Part shown: in pieces, positions 44,694-54,107 of the stretch
Layout: every line of letters begins with the position of its first letter
Position numbering within the stretch: the stretch's first letter is position 1
Source: an uncultured Phycisphaerales bacterium
Lineage (GTDB): Bacteria > Planctomycetota > Phycisphaerae > Tepidisphaerales > Tepidisphaeraceae
Direction of reading: 5' to 3'
Assembly (NCBI GenBank): GCA_963755915.1
Contig: CAVWLP010000002.1
Coordinates: 2,944,001-3,008,000 of the forward strand
DNA: 64,000 nucleotides
Translations under genes and position numbers: made by a program
Notes under the pieces: model-generated
Told to the model about the DNA's origin: nothing
The model's input: the letters and a program-made list of their open reading frames with translations, nothing else
The model's database searches: none

Positions 44694-44823
44694 GCCCAAC
44701 ACCCCAAAGCCGCCCCGAACTTCACCCGGCCAGCCATGTGTTCCCGCGGCGGAACCGCCCGTGATATTCGAGTCACCGGCTACCCTCGTCGCACAAACCC
44801 CAACCGATAAAAATCCCTCTCTT
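44694..44823 (+). repeat. ~125-bp repeat family A, copy 3
   Basis: GCCCAACACC...GCGGAACCGCCCGTGATATTCGAGTCACCG...AACCGATAAAA. Confidence 0.9.
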
Positions 44824-44978
44824 CCAAACCCCAACAGGGCCGCCACTGCCACCAAACCTCCGCCCCTGAACATTTGCCCATATGCCCGTTTTGCACATAC
44901 AATATGCGTGCCTCATGAGGGATGGATGCCCCGGGCAATTGTTTCTAAGCAAGGACGCATAACACGGAGATCTGATTT

Positions 44979-45917
44979 ATGCCCAAAGCCGAAGTAACGG
45001 AATACACCTTCCCCCAGGGATGGAACGACCCCGCCCGCTCTGACGACCTCTCCCGCAAATACTGCGAAGCCCTGGAAGACGGCGACATCGTCGTCTTCAA
45101 CTCCACCCCCTTCGATTTCTCCAAAGACGACCGCGAGTTCCTCCTCTCCCAAAAACAATCCGGCCTGAAGGTCCACAAAAACGTCTCCTACCGCCCCAGC
45201 CAGGACCTCCTCCGCGGCGACGCCTGCGAAACCCCCGAAGAAAACCAGCGCCTCCACGACATCATGCGCCGCTACTCCAAGGAAGTAACGCGTTTCCTAA
45301 GCCAGTTCCTAGCCCCCTACGCCCCTCACTGGACGTTAGATTTCGCCAGCTACCGCCCCCTGGAAGAAAAAGGCCGCGACCTCCCCTTGCACAAACGCAA
45401 CGACCTCATGCACGTAGACGCCTTCCCCAGCCGCCCGACCTTCGGCGGCCGCATCCTCCGCGTCTTCACCAACATCAATCTCACCCGCCCCCGCGTCTGG
45501 GAAACCACCGACAAATTCCCCGCCCTGGTAAAAACTTTCGCCGACGACGCCGGCCTCCCCACCTTCGCCCGCGAGTCCGGCTCCGCCGGTGAAAAACTCC
45601 GCAAAGCCTTCGCACCCGTCTTCCGCGCCGTAGGCGTCAAAGGCCTCGACCGCAGCGCCTACGACCGCTTCATGCTAAGATTCCACGACTATTTGAAGGA
45701 AAGCACCGACTACCAAACCAACTGGCCCAAGATCCGCATGGAATTCCCTCCCGGCAGCACTTGGATGGTCTACACCGACCAGGTCCCCCACGCCGCCATG
45801 TCCGGACAGTTCATGACCGAGCAAACCTACATCATCCCCCTCAAAGCCATGGTCACCCCCGACCGCAGCCCCCTAAGAGTCTTAGAAAAACACTGCGGAA
45901 AAGCCCTCGTAGGATAA
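44979..45917 (+). CDS. Kdo hydroxylase family protein (KdoO-like)
   Basis: HVDAFPSRPT.G.RILRVFTNIN, RSAYDRFMLRFHD.LK, FPPGSTW, HAAMSGQF. Confidence 0.85.
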   Translation: MPKAEVTEYTFPQGWNDPARSDDLSRKYCEALEDGDIVVFNSTPFDFSKDDREFLLSQKQSGLKVHKNVSYRPSQDLLRGDACETPEENQRLHDIMRRYSKEVTRFLSQFLAPYAPHWTLDFASYRPLEEKGRDLPLHKRNDLMHVDAFPSRPTFGGRILRVFTNINLTRPRVWETTDKFPALVKTFADDAGLPTFARESGSAGEKLRKAFAPVFRAVGVKGLDRSAYDRFMLRFHDYLKESTDYQTNWPKIRMEFPPGSTWMVYTDQVPHAAMSGQFMTEQTYIIPLKAMVTPDRSPLRVLEKHCGKALVG

Positions 45918-46041
45918 AATGGAAACCCGATCCCCCGTTTAGCGGCCGCGTTTACGCGGCGCGTCTTCATTCGAATTTCAAATTTGTCCGGGCGCAGCCG
46001 GGATTCGAATTTCGAATTTGATTCGGATTTCTGGTTTCGAG

Positions 46042-47567
46042 TCACACCCCCGCCATCTCCCCAAACCTCTCCCTCAAATTCCCATACAACTTCCCATAAA
46101 CCCCATACCCCCTCCCATAAACCCCCTCAGTCTTCCCATTCGGCTTCCGCCTCCTCACGCACTTCACGCAACTCCTCGCCGCCTCTTCCACGCCGCTCCA
46201 AACCCCGGTCCCCACTCCCGCCAATATCGCCACCCCATACGCCGGCCCCTCCGCCGCGCTCGTGCTCACGATCGGCTGCCGATAAATATCCGCCTGCAAT
46301 TGCAGCCAAAAATCGCTCCGCGCCCCTCCTCCGCTCGCCCTCACCTGCGAAACCGGTATCCCCATCCCCTCCATGATCGTCAGCGCATCTTTCATCCCAT
46401 ACGTCACCCCCTCCAGCAGCGACCGAATCAGCATCCCCCGCGTCGTCCGCGCCGTCACCCCGATCCACCCCCCGCGCGCAGCGGATCCGGATACGGACAC
46501 CTCTCCCCGGTCAGATACGGCAAAAACTGCAACCCCTCACACCCCGCCGGCGCTTTCTTCGCCTCTTCAATCAACAGCACATACGGATCCACTTTCTTCT
46601 TCTTTGCGACTGCCACTTCCTCACCCGCCAGATTATTCCGAAACCACTGAAACGACCCGCCCGCCGAAAGCATGCATCCAAACACGCACCACTTCCCCGG
46701 CACGGCATGACACATCGTATGAACCCTCCCCTTCGGATCCCTCGTAGGCTCATCGCTATGCGCAAAAAACACTCCGCTAGTCCCCAGCGTCGCGCTCACA
46801 ATCCCCGTGGAAGTAATCCCATTCCCCACCGCCCCCGCAGCCTGGTCGCCGCCGCCCCCAACCACCGCCGTCCCCGGCGACAACCCCAATTCCTCCGCCG
46901 CCGAAACCGTCAGATACCCGGTAATCTTCGGCGACTCAAACACCTCCGGCATCAGCGCCCTATCAATCCCCAATAGCCCCATCAACCGATCCGACCACTT
47001 CCGATTCACCACATCCAGCAGCAGCGTCCCGCTCGCATCACTCACCTCCGTCGCATACTCCCCCGTCATTCGCAACCGAATAAAATCCTTCGGCAGCAAA
47101 ATATGTTTCGTCTTCTCATAAACCCGCGGCTCATGCTTCCTCACCCACAAAATCTTCGGCGCCGTAAACCCCGTCAACGCCGGATTCGCCACCATCTCAA
47201 TCAACCCCGCCCGCCCCCCAGCCTTCTCCTCAATCTCCGCGCACTCTTCCGCCGTCCTCTGATCATTCCAAAGCAGCGCCCGCCGCAGCGGCTTAACCCC
47301 ATCCCCCAGAAAAACGCTCCCATGCATCTGCCCCGAAAGCCCGATCCCCTTGATCTCCTTCTCTTTGACTTTCGCCTTCTTCCGAACCTCCCGCGTCGCC
47401 CTCACCACCGACTTCCACCAATCCCCCGGATCCTGCTCCGACCACCCCGGCTTAGGCGAATAAATCGGATGCTCCGCCATCCCCGTCGCCAGCACCTTCC
47501 CCCTCTCATCGCAAATGACGGTCTTCGTCCCCGAAGTCCCAACATCAATTCCCAGCAAATACGCCAT
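46042..47567 (-). CDS. xylB: Xylulokinase; frameshift near 46475
   Basis: [46 protein letters not shown]. Confidence 0.93.
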
Positions 47568-47674
47568 ATTCCATTTCTTTCCCCCTCGCCCGGTACTCCG
47601 GGAGAGGGTTGGGGTGAGGGCCATTTGAGCATTTGTTATTTGCCGCCACACCGGATAACAAATGCCTTCCAGCC

Positions 47675-48655
47675 ATGACAATATCCATTTCCCACCTGGC
47701 CGAAAAGATTAACGCCGCCGTCGTCGGCGACGGTGGGGCGGTCATCTCTTCCATCGCCACCCTCGAAGACGCCCAACCCGGCCAACTCAGCTTCCTCTCC
47801 AACCCCAAATACGAAAAGCTCCTCGCCACCACCAAAGCCACCGCCGTCATCGCCCCCAACCACACCCGCTCCAAATCCGTCACCCTCCTCCGCTGCGACG
47901 ACCCCTACTTCGCCTTCATGCAAGCCATGGTCCTGATCCACGGCCACCGCAAACATCCATTCACCGGCATCCACCCCAACGCCCACGTCGACCCCACCGC
48001 CAAAATCGCCGAAGGCTGCACGATCTACCCCGGCGTCTACGTCGGCCCCCGCGCCACCTTGGGCCGCGACTGCCTCCTCTACCCCAATTCCGTCGTCTAC
48101 GATGACTGCATCCTCCACGACCGCGTCACCCTCCACGCCGGCGCCGTCATCGGCGTAGACGGCTTCGGCTACGCCACCCACGCCGGCGCCCACCACAAAA
48201 TCCCCCAAATCGGCATCGTCGAACTCATGAACGACGTAGAAATCGGCGCCAACGCCACCATCCAGCGCGCCACATTAGGAAAAACCATCATCGGCGCAGG
48301 CACCAAAATCGACGACCTCGCAGTCATCGGCCACGGCACCACCATCGGCGACCACGCCCTCATCGTCTCCCTCTCCGGAATCGCCGGCTCCACCAAAATC
48401 GGCCACCACCTCACCCTCGGCGGCCAGGCCGGCATCGCCGGACACCTCCTCCTCGGCAACCACGTCTCCATCGCCGCCCGCGCCGGTGTCGCCACCAACG
48501 CCCCCGACAACGTCATCCTCTACGGAGCCCCCGCAACCCCCGCCCCCCACGGCCGAAAGGCCATCACCCTCCTCGCCCAACTCCCCGAAATCGTCGACCG
48601 AATCCGAAAATTAGAAAAATCCCGAAATAAATCCCCCCAAAAACGTCACAAATAA
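47675..48655 (+). CDS. lpxD: UDP-3-O-acylglucosamine N-acyltransferase
   Basis: LSFLSNPKY, hexapeptide repeats, DGFGY, KIPQIG, VEIGAN.TI.R, TKID. Confidence 0.94.
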   Translation: MTISISHLAEKINAAVVGDGGAVISSIATLEDAQPGQLSFLSNPKYEKLLATTKATAVIAPNHTRSKSVTLLRCDDPYFAFMQAMVLIHGHRKHPFTGIHPNAHVDPTAKIAEGCTIYPGVYVGPRATLGRDCLLYPNSVVYDDCILHDRVTLHAGAVIGVDGFGYATHAGAHHKIPQIGIVELMNDVEIGANATIQRATLGKTIIGAGTKIDDLAVIGHGTTIGDHALIVSLSGIAGSTKIGHHLTLGGQAGIAGHLLLGNHVSIAARAGVATNAPDNVILYGAPATPAPHGRKAITLLAQLPEIVDRIRKLEKSRNKSPQKRHK

Positions 48656-48724
48656 CAGCCGACATGACATCTACTATATGGAAACGCCCACGGCGCCGCC
48701 GTGGGGCATTTATGCCCATTCCCT

Positions 48725-48795
48725 GCCCAACACCCCAATGCCACCCCGAACTTCACCAGGCCAGCCATGTGTCCCCGCGGCGGAACCGCGTTTTA
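48725..48795 (+). repeat. ~125-bp repeat family A, copy 4, left half (interrupted by IS110)
   Basis: GCCCAACACC...GCGGCGGAACCGCGTTTTA, then IS sequence. Confidence 0.9.
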
Positions 48796-48870
48796 TAATC
48801 GCATGAAAGGCCATCTCCCTGCCGGAAGTTAACATTCCGGTTTTGGTGTCATTCACACAAGGAGATAGCC

Positions 48871-50070
48871 ATGAAGTTATACGACAAGGTAGTTCAGGTA
48901 GGGCTGGACGTCCATCGGAAGTTCTCGTCCGCCAGTCTGCGCGACGCTTCCGGGAAGGTCATTGCTCGCGAACGCCTGGATCACCTGGATCGCCAAAAGC
49001 TTCGAGAGCGAATCGCTCAGTGGCCGCGAGGCACGCCGGTGATCCTGGAAGCGACATTTGGCTGGGGATGGCTCAGCGATGAGTTGCAGATTTTGAACAT
49101 GCAGCCCCACCTGGCCTCGAGCCGCAAAGTGGCGGCATGGCGGGAAGGACGCGGGATCGCCAAGAGCAACAAGGTCGATGCCGACCTGCTCAGTGAACTC
49201 TGGAACGAAAAACCGATATTTAAGCGAGGCATCATGAAGCGCTGGTGGGAAGTCTGGCTGGCCCCACGCGAGATTCGTGATCAGCGGGAGCTGCTGCGCC
49301 ATCGGATGACCCTCGTTCAGGCTCAAACGCAGTTGAAAAATCGCATTCACGCGACGCTGCACCGCCATGGAATCGTCAGCGAGCTCACCGACCTCTTCGG
49401 TGTGCAGGGCCGGCGTTTCCTGTCGCTGCTCACCGAGGACAAGACCCTGAGCCTCTCAGGACGCCAGACGCTCAAGGAAGATCTCATGCTGCTGGATTCT
49501 CTGCGTCGCCTGATCGCACGGGCCACCCGCCGGTTCCGCGCGACCATGAAACGATCGGAGATCGGCCAGCGCCTGATGACCGTGCCGGGCATCTCCACCG
49601 TGCTGGGATATACGCTGGTCGCCGAGATCGGCCGAATCGATCGTTTCTCCTCCAGTCGATGCCTGCTCCAATACAGCCTGCTGGCGCCGCAGGCCGACGA
49701 CAGCGGAGAAGATCGCGATGCCAAGCCCATCGGCCGCCGACTTGGTCACGCCGGTCGCACTACCCTTCAGTGGGCCTTTATTCAGGCCGCCCACTCGGCA
49801 GTGCAAAGGGACGCTTTTTTGCGAGAACTTTTCAATCGCCGTACCAACAACGGCAAACAGGACCGCGGTCGCGGCTACATCACCGTCGCCAACCGCATAT
49901 GTCGGATCGTCTATTCAATGTGGAACAACAACCAGGATTATCAGGAGGTGCCGCCCCCAAGACCGGGAAGCAAAAGACATAAGGAACTGATCTCGTCCGG
50001 AAGTGGGCCAGCCCTGGCTCGAATTGGCCATGAGCCCGAAGCAATTCAGGCTCGAGAGGCCACGTTATAA
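48871..50070 (+). CDS. IS110 family RuvC-like recombinase/transposase
   Basis: GLDVH, ILEAT, KSNKVDA, coiled coil, TVPGIS...AEIG.IDRF, DSG serine loop; GGAG RBS. Confidence 0.95.
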   Translation: MKLYDKVVQVGLDVHRKFSSASLRDASGKVIARERLDHLDRQKLRERIAQWPRGTPVILEATFGWGWLSDELQILNMQPHLASSRKVAAWREGRGIAKSNKVDADLLSELWNEKPIFKRGIMKRWWEVWLAPREIRDQRELLRHRMTLVQAQTQLKNRIHATLHRHGIVSELTDLFGVQGRRFLSLLTEDKTLSLSGRQTLKEDLMLLDSLRRLIARATRRFRATMKRSEIGQRLMTVPGISTVLGYTLVAEIGRIDRFSSSRCLLQYSLLAPQADDSGEDRDAKPIGRRLGHAGRTTLQWAFIQAAHSAVQRDAFLRELFNRRTNNGKQDRGRGYITVANRICRIVYSMWNNNQDYQEVPPPRPGSKRHKELISSGSGPALARIGHEPEAIQAREATL

Positions 50071-50199
50071 TTGGGCCGCCCGCGCCGGATGAGATCATGT
50101 GCCGCTCGGCCAAACGCTGTTGATCGGGCCCGGCCAGCACGAATGGATATATGGACCGCCGAGAGGCCAGTCACCAGCCGGCAGACGGACGAAGAGGTC
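49989..50199 (+). ncRNA. Predicted bridge/seek RNA of the IS1111-type element
   Basis: Closing stem 49989-49999/50186-50199; target arm 50003-50083; donor arm 50084-50182; loop segments match the target flank and the donor junction. Confidence 0.8.
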
Positions 50200-50246
50200 T
50201 CGGAATGAAAAAGAAGTAACCGCTTTTCGCGAGGAGAATTTTTTTG

Positions 50247-50270
50247 TTGATCGGGGAAGCCTTTCATGGA
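50247..50270 (+). promoter_or_regulatory. -35 half of the circle-junction promoter
   Basis: TTGATC (50247-50252)-16 nt-GA|TAAT, formed only when 50270 is joined to 48796. Confidence 0.65.
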
Positions 50271-50330
50271 TATTCGAGCCACCGCATTTCCTCGTCACTC
50301 AAACCACAACCGAAAATACTCTTCTTCTTC
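50271..50330 (+). repeat. ~125-bp repeat family A, copy 4, right half
   Basis: TATTCGAGCCACCGC...CTCGTCACTCAAACCACAACCGAAAATACTCTT. Confidence 0.9.
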
Positions 50331-50460
50331 TCTCTGTATGCCGACTCGAATTCCTCACTGGACAAGAAAGACACCATCCCATCGCAACAATTTTGCACTA
50401 CCTTGTTCTGAATCCCCCAACATGTTCTAATTTAATTTTAACAGCAAACCCCGCGGAAAT

Positions 50461-51585
50461 ATGGGCTTCATAGAACGCATGAAATGGTGGCACTGGACCC
50501 TCATCAGCATCGCTCTCGGTGCATTCCTCGCCTACATCAACTCCGGCGGCGCCGACACCTCCGTCAACCACGAATCCGTCTCCACCGTAACCTTCGAAAC
50601 CGGCCTCCTCCTCCGCCCCTGGGTCGACCCCAGCAACCCCAACCGCCGCGAGGCCTGGTTCAGCGGCCTCGTCATCCACCCCGTCCAGGACGTCCCCGTC
50701 GGCGACCACACCGTCAAGATGCAGCTCATCAGCTTCACCCGCCTCCTCGCCCCCGACAAAGACCACCCCTCCGGCTCAACCCAAACCCAATGGTGCTGGG
50801 TGCCTTTCCCCTACGAGCCCACCCCACGCCAGAGCGCCCGCGCCAACAGCCAGCCTTATCCTGGCACCAGCGTCTACGTCGGAAAAAAAGGCGACACCCT
50901 CGACTCCCTCGCCGCTCGCTTCTATCACAAGTCCACGCCCCTCGGCATCCACTCCATCATCTATGCCAACTCCTCCCTCCGCGAAGCCCACGGCCCATCC
51001 CAAATCAAAATCACCCCCGGCCGCGCCTACTGGATCCCCTGGAACCCCGCTGACGGACACAACGTCACCGACTTCATCCTCGCCGCCAACCAATATCTCC
51101 AAAAGCAGCAGGGCGATAACGCCCTCCTCGTCTCCTTCCATTACCGCTGGTGGGAAAACTCCAAATACACCTACGAAGCCTGGATGATCGCCTCCTTCCT
51201 CCTCGTCGGCGTCATCTGGCCCACCCTCCTCTCCGTCATGATCAAAGGCGGCTACGGCCGCATGACCCCCGACGAATACAACCTAGCCCGCTTCAAAGGC
51301 GGCCCCGAGCCCACAACCGCCAAACCCACCGCTCCCGTCGTCACCCAATCCGACATGGACCGCCTCCGCGAGCTCGAAGAATCCCTCGCCGCCTCCATCA
51401 AAGCCTCTCCAACGGAAACTCCCGTCCCCGCACCCGTCGCCGCCGCCCCCCCCGAAGTCAAAAAACTCACCGCCACCCCGGAAACTTCAAAGATCGTCCC
51501 CCAATCCCCCGAAGAACCCACAGAATACACCGGAGAATTTTACCCCGTTGTAAAACCCCACGAAAAACCCAAAGATACCCCCTAG
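50461..51585 (+). CDS. Two-TM membrane protein with LysM-like domain and Pro/Glu-rich tail
   Basis: YVGKKGDTLDSLAARFY...IIYAN...ITPGRAYWIP. Confidence 0.6.
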   Translation: MGFIERMKWWHWTLISIALGAFLAYINSGGADTSVNHESVSTVTFETGLLLRPWVDPSNPNRREAWFSGLVIHPVQDVPVGDHTVKMQLISFTRLLAPDKDHPSGSTQTQWCWVPFPYEPTPRQSARANSQPYPGTSVYVGKKGDTLDSLAARFYHKSTPLGIHSIIYANSSLREAHGPSQIKITPGRAYWIPWNPADGHNVTDFILAANQYLQKQQGDNALLVSFHYRWWENSKYTYEAWMIASFLLVGVIWPTLLSVMIKGGYGRMTPDEYNLARFKGGPEPTTAKPTAPVVTQSDMDRLRELEESLAASIKASPTETPVPAPVAAAPPEVKKLTATPETSKIVPQSPEEPTEYTGEFYPVVKPHEKPKDTP

Positions 51586-51646
51586 CTCCACCCATGTATT
51601 TGTTTAGCCGCGACCCGCAGGGGAGCGCTTTCTTCGACTGATCCTT

Positions 51647-51997
51647 ATGCCCAACGAAACTCCTCCCATCCTCGCCCTCGTCCGCGACCTCATGTTTTCG
51701 AGTCGCATCACCGCCGAAGCCCGCGCCGCCAGCGCAAACATAAAAATCATCCGCGACCCCACCCAGCTCGATTCCTCCGACCCCACCTCCACCCTCATGC
51801 TCGTAGACCTCAACCTCCCCGGCGCAATCCAAGCCGCCGCCGCCTGGCAATCCCAATCCCCCAACCGCACCGCCGTAGGCTTCGTCTCCCACGAAGACGC
51901 GAGCACTATTTCACAAGCCCGCACCGCAGGCCTCCAACAAATCCTTGCCAGAAGCCGCTTCGTCCAGCTCCTCCCCCAACTCCTCTCCCAAAAATAA
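51647..51997 (+). CDS. Degenerate receiver (CheY-like) domain protein
   Basis: DLMFSSRI, LVDLN, VGFVSH, ARTAG, RSRF. Confidence 0.65.
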   Translation: MPNETPPILALVRDLMFSSRITAEARAASANIKIIRDPTQLDSSDPTSTLMLVDLNLPGAIQAAAAWQSQSPNRTAVGFVSHEDASTISQARTAGLQQILARSRFVQLLPQLLSQK

Positions 51998-52154
51998 GTC
52001 TCCCCCCTTTGCCTGAAATGGGAACGCCCACGGCGCCGCCGTGGGGAATTTTGCAAATTATTCACCAATCTCAATCTGACCCACCCCCGCAATCCCCATT
52101 GCAACCTCCGCCCCCATCCATAAACTCAACACCCTAATTTCAAGGAGTTCCTAA

Positions 52155-53219
52155 ATGTCTACCGCAAACCGTCAACTTATCGATCTCCTCGGCCCCGATG
52201 CCGATTCCCTCTTGAACTACACCGCCAAAGGTTTCAAACGCGATCTCCTCCACCTCCCCGGCCCCGACTTCGTCGACCGAATCCTCGCCGCCACCGACCG
52301 CTCCTCCAACGTCCTCCGAAATTTCCACCTCATCATGAACACCGGCCGCCTCGCCAAGACCGGCTTTGTCTCTATCCTCCCCGTCGATCAGGGCATCGAG
52401 CACTCCGCCGGCGCCAGCTTCTCCCCCAACCCCATCTACTTCGACCCCGAAAACATCGTCAAGCTCGCCGTCGAAGGTGGCTGCAACGCCGTCGCCTCCA
52501 CACTCGGCGTCCTCGGCTCCTGCTCCCGCAAGTACGCCCACAAAATCCCTTTCCTCGTCAAGCTCAACCACAATGAGCTCTTGTCCTATCCCAACAAGTT
52601 CGACCAGATCATGTTCGCCCAGGTCAAACAGGCCTTCGACATGGGCGCCGTCGCCATCGGCGCTACCATCTACTTCGGCTCCGCCGAATCCGACCGCCAG
52701 ATCCAGGAAGTCTCCCGCGCCTTCGCCGCCGCCCACGAGCTCGGCCTCGTCACCGTCCTCTGGTGCTACCTCCGAAACCCCGCCTTCTCCACCCCCGACA
52801 AAAATTTCGACCTCGCCGCCGACCTCACCGGACAGGCCAACCACCTCGGCGTCACCATCCAAGCCGACATCATCAAACAAAAACTCCCAGAAAATAACGG
52901 CGGCTTCACCACCCTGAAATTCGGCAAAACCAGCAAAAAAGTCTACTCCGATCTAACCCCCGGCGACCACCCCATCGAACTCTGCCGCTATCAAGTCGCA
53001 AATTGTTACATGGGCCGCAGCCCGTTAATCAACTCCGGCGGCGACTCCGGCGAGCACGACTTCGCCGACGCCGTCCGCACCTCCGTCATCAACAAACGCG
53101 CCGGCGGCATGGGCCTGATCTCCGGCCGAAAAGCCTTCCAACGCCCCATGCAAGACGGTGTAAAATTATTAAACGTCATCCAAGACGTCTACCTGGACCA
53201 AGGAATCACTATCGCCTAG
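52155..53219 (+). CDS. fbaB: Class I fructose-bisphosphate aldolase
   Basis: [42 protein letters not shown]. Confidence 0.96.
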   Translation: MSTANRQLIDLLGPDADSLLNYTAKGFKRDLLHLPGPDFVDRILAATDRSSNVLRNFHLIMNTGRLAKTGFVSILPVDQGIEHSAGASFSPNPIYFDPENIVKLAVEGGCNAVASTLGVLGSCSRKYAHKIPFLVKLNHNELLSYPNKFDQIMFAQVKQAFDMGAVAIGATIYFGSAESDRQIQEVSRAFAAAHELGLVTVLWCYLRNPAFSTPDKNFDLAADLTGQANHLGVTIQADIIKQKLPENNGGFTTLKFGKTSKKVYSDLTPGDHPIELCRYQVANCYMGRSPLINSGGDSGEHDFADAVRTSVINKRAGGMGLISGRKAFQRPMQDGVKLLNVIQDVYLDQGITIA

Positions 53220-53275
53220 GAACCGCGCATTTATCCCCTCTCCCGGTACTCCGGGAGAGGGCTAGGGTGAGGGCC

Positions 53276-54064
53276 TTGAGCCAGACCCGACCTCCAACAA
53301 AAACCGCCCTAGTCACCGGCGCCTCCACAGGCATCGGCCGCGACCTCGCCCACCTCTTCGCCCAGGACCACCACAACCTCGTATTGATTGCCCGCACCCA
53401 ACCCGCCCTAGAACAACTCGCCGCCACTCTAAAACACCAACATAAAATCGAAGTCCAAATCATCCCCCAGGACCTCTCCGACCCCGCATCCCCCCAAAAA
53501 ATCTTCGACCAACTCCAATCCCAACCCATCGACTTCCTGATCAACAACGCCGGCTTCGGCTCCCACGGCCCCTTCGCCGACTCCGACATCCAGACAACTC
53601 TCTCCATGCTCCAACTAAACATCACCACTCTCACCCACCTAACCCGCCTCTTCCTCCCCCAGATGCTCCAGCGCCGCTCCGGAAAAATCCTCAACGTCGC
53701 CTCCCTCGCCGCCTTCCTCCCCGGCCCCCTCATGGCCGTCTACTACGCCACCAAGGCCTATGTCCTTAGCTTCTCCGAAGCCCTCTCCTCCGAGCTCGCC
53801 GGAACCGGCATCACCGTCACCGCCCTCTGCCCCGGCCCCACCCAAACCGAATTCCAAGCCCGCGCCGGAATCTCCCACTCCCTCCTCTTCAAATCCAAGG
53901 TCATGCCTTCCATGACCGCCGCCCGCATAGGCTACCGCGCCATGCTAAAAGGCCATCGCACCTCCATCCCCGGCCCCTTAAACAAACTCTCCGCCCTCTC
54001 CACCCGCCTCCTCCCGCGCCAAATCACCGCCGCCGTAGCCAAAAAACTAAACCAATCCCGCTAA
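53276..54064 (+). CDS. Short-chain dehydrogenase/reductase
   Basis: TGASTGIG, NNAGFG, YYATK; TTG start immediately after a family B repeat. Confidence 0.9.
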   Translation: MSQTRPPTKTALVTGASTGIGRDLAHLFAQDHHNLVLIARTQPALEQLAATLKHQHKIEVQIIPQDLSDPASPQKIFDQLQSQPIDFLINNAGFGSHGPFADSDIQTTLSMLQLNITTLTHLTRLFLPQMLQRRSGKILNVASLAAFLPGPLMAVYYATKAYVLSFSEALSSELAGTGITVTALCPGPTQTEFQARAGISHSLLFKSKVMPSMTAARIGYRAMLKGHRTSIPGPLNKLSALSTRLLPRQITAAVAKKLNQSR

Positions 54065-54067
54065 CCC

Positions 54068-54107
54068 ACTTTCACACCTTCTCACCTTCGCACTTTCACA
54101 CCTTTCA
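54068..54107. repeat. Octamer tandem repeat (CACTTTCA/CACCTTCT units) between convergent genes
   Basis: Five imperfect 8-nt units. Confidence 0.7.

Larger units (their letters stand above)
48796..50270 (+). mobile_element. IS110 family, IS1111-type insertion sequence (1475 bp)
   Basis: Sub-terminal IRs ATGAAAGGC (48803-48811) and GCCTTTCAT (50259-50267), 7 and 3 nt from the ends; short left and long right non-coding ends; removal restores a family A repeat; TA core at both junctions. Confidence 0.93.

Noticed and set aside
48794-48799. Perfect TATAAT created at the left IS junction as an active promoter
   Set aside because: No credible -35 or extended -10 upstream; it cannot be supported from sequence alone.
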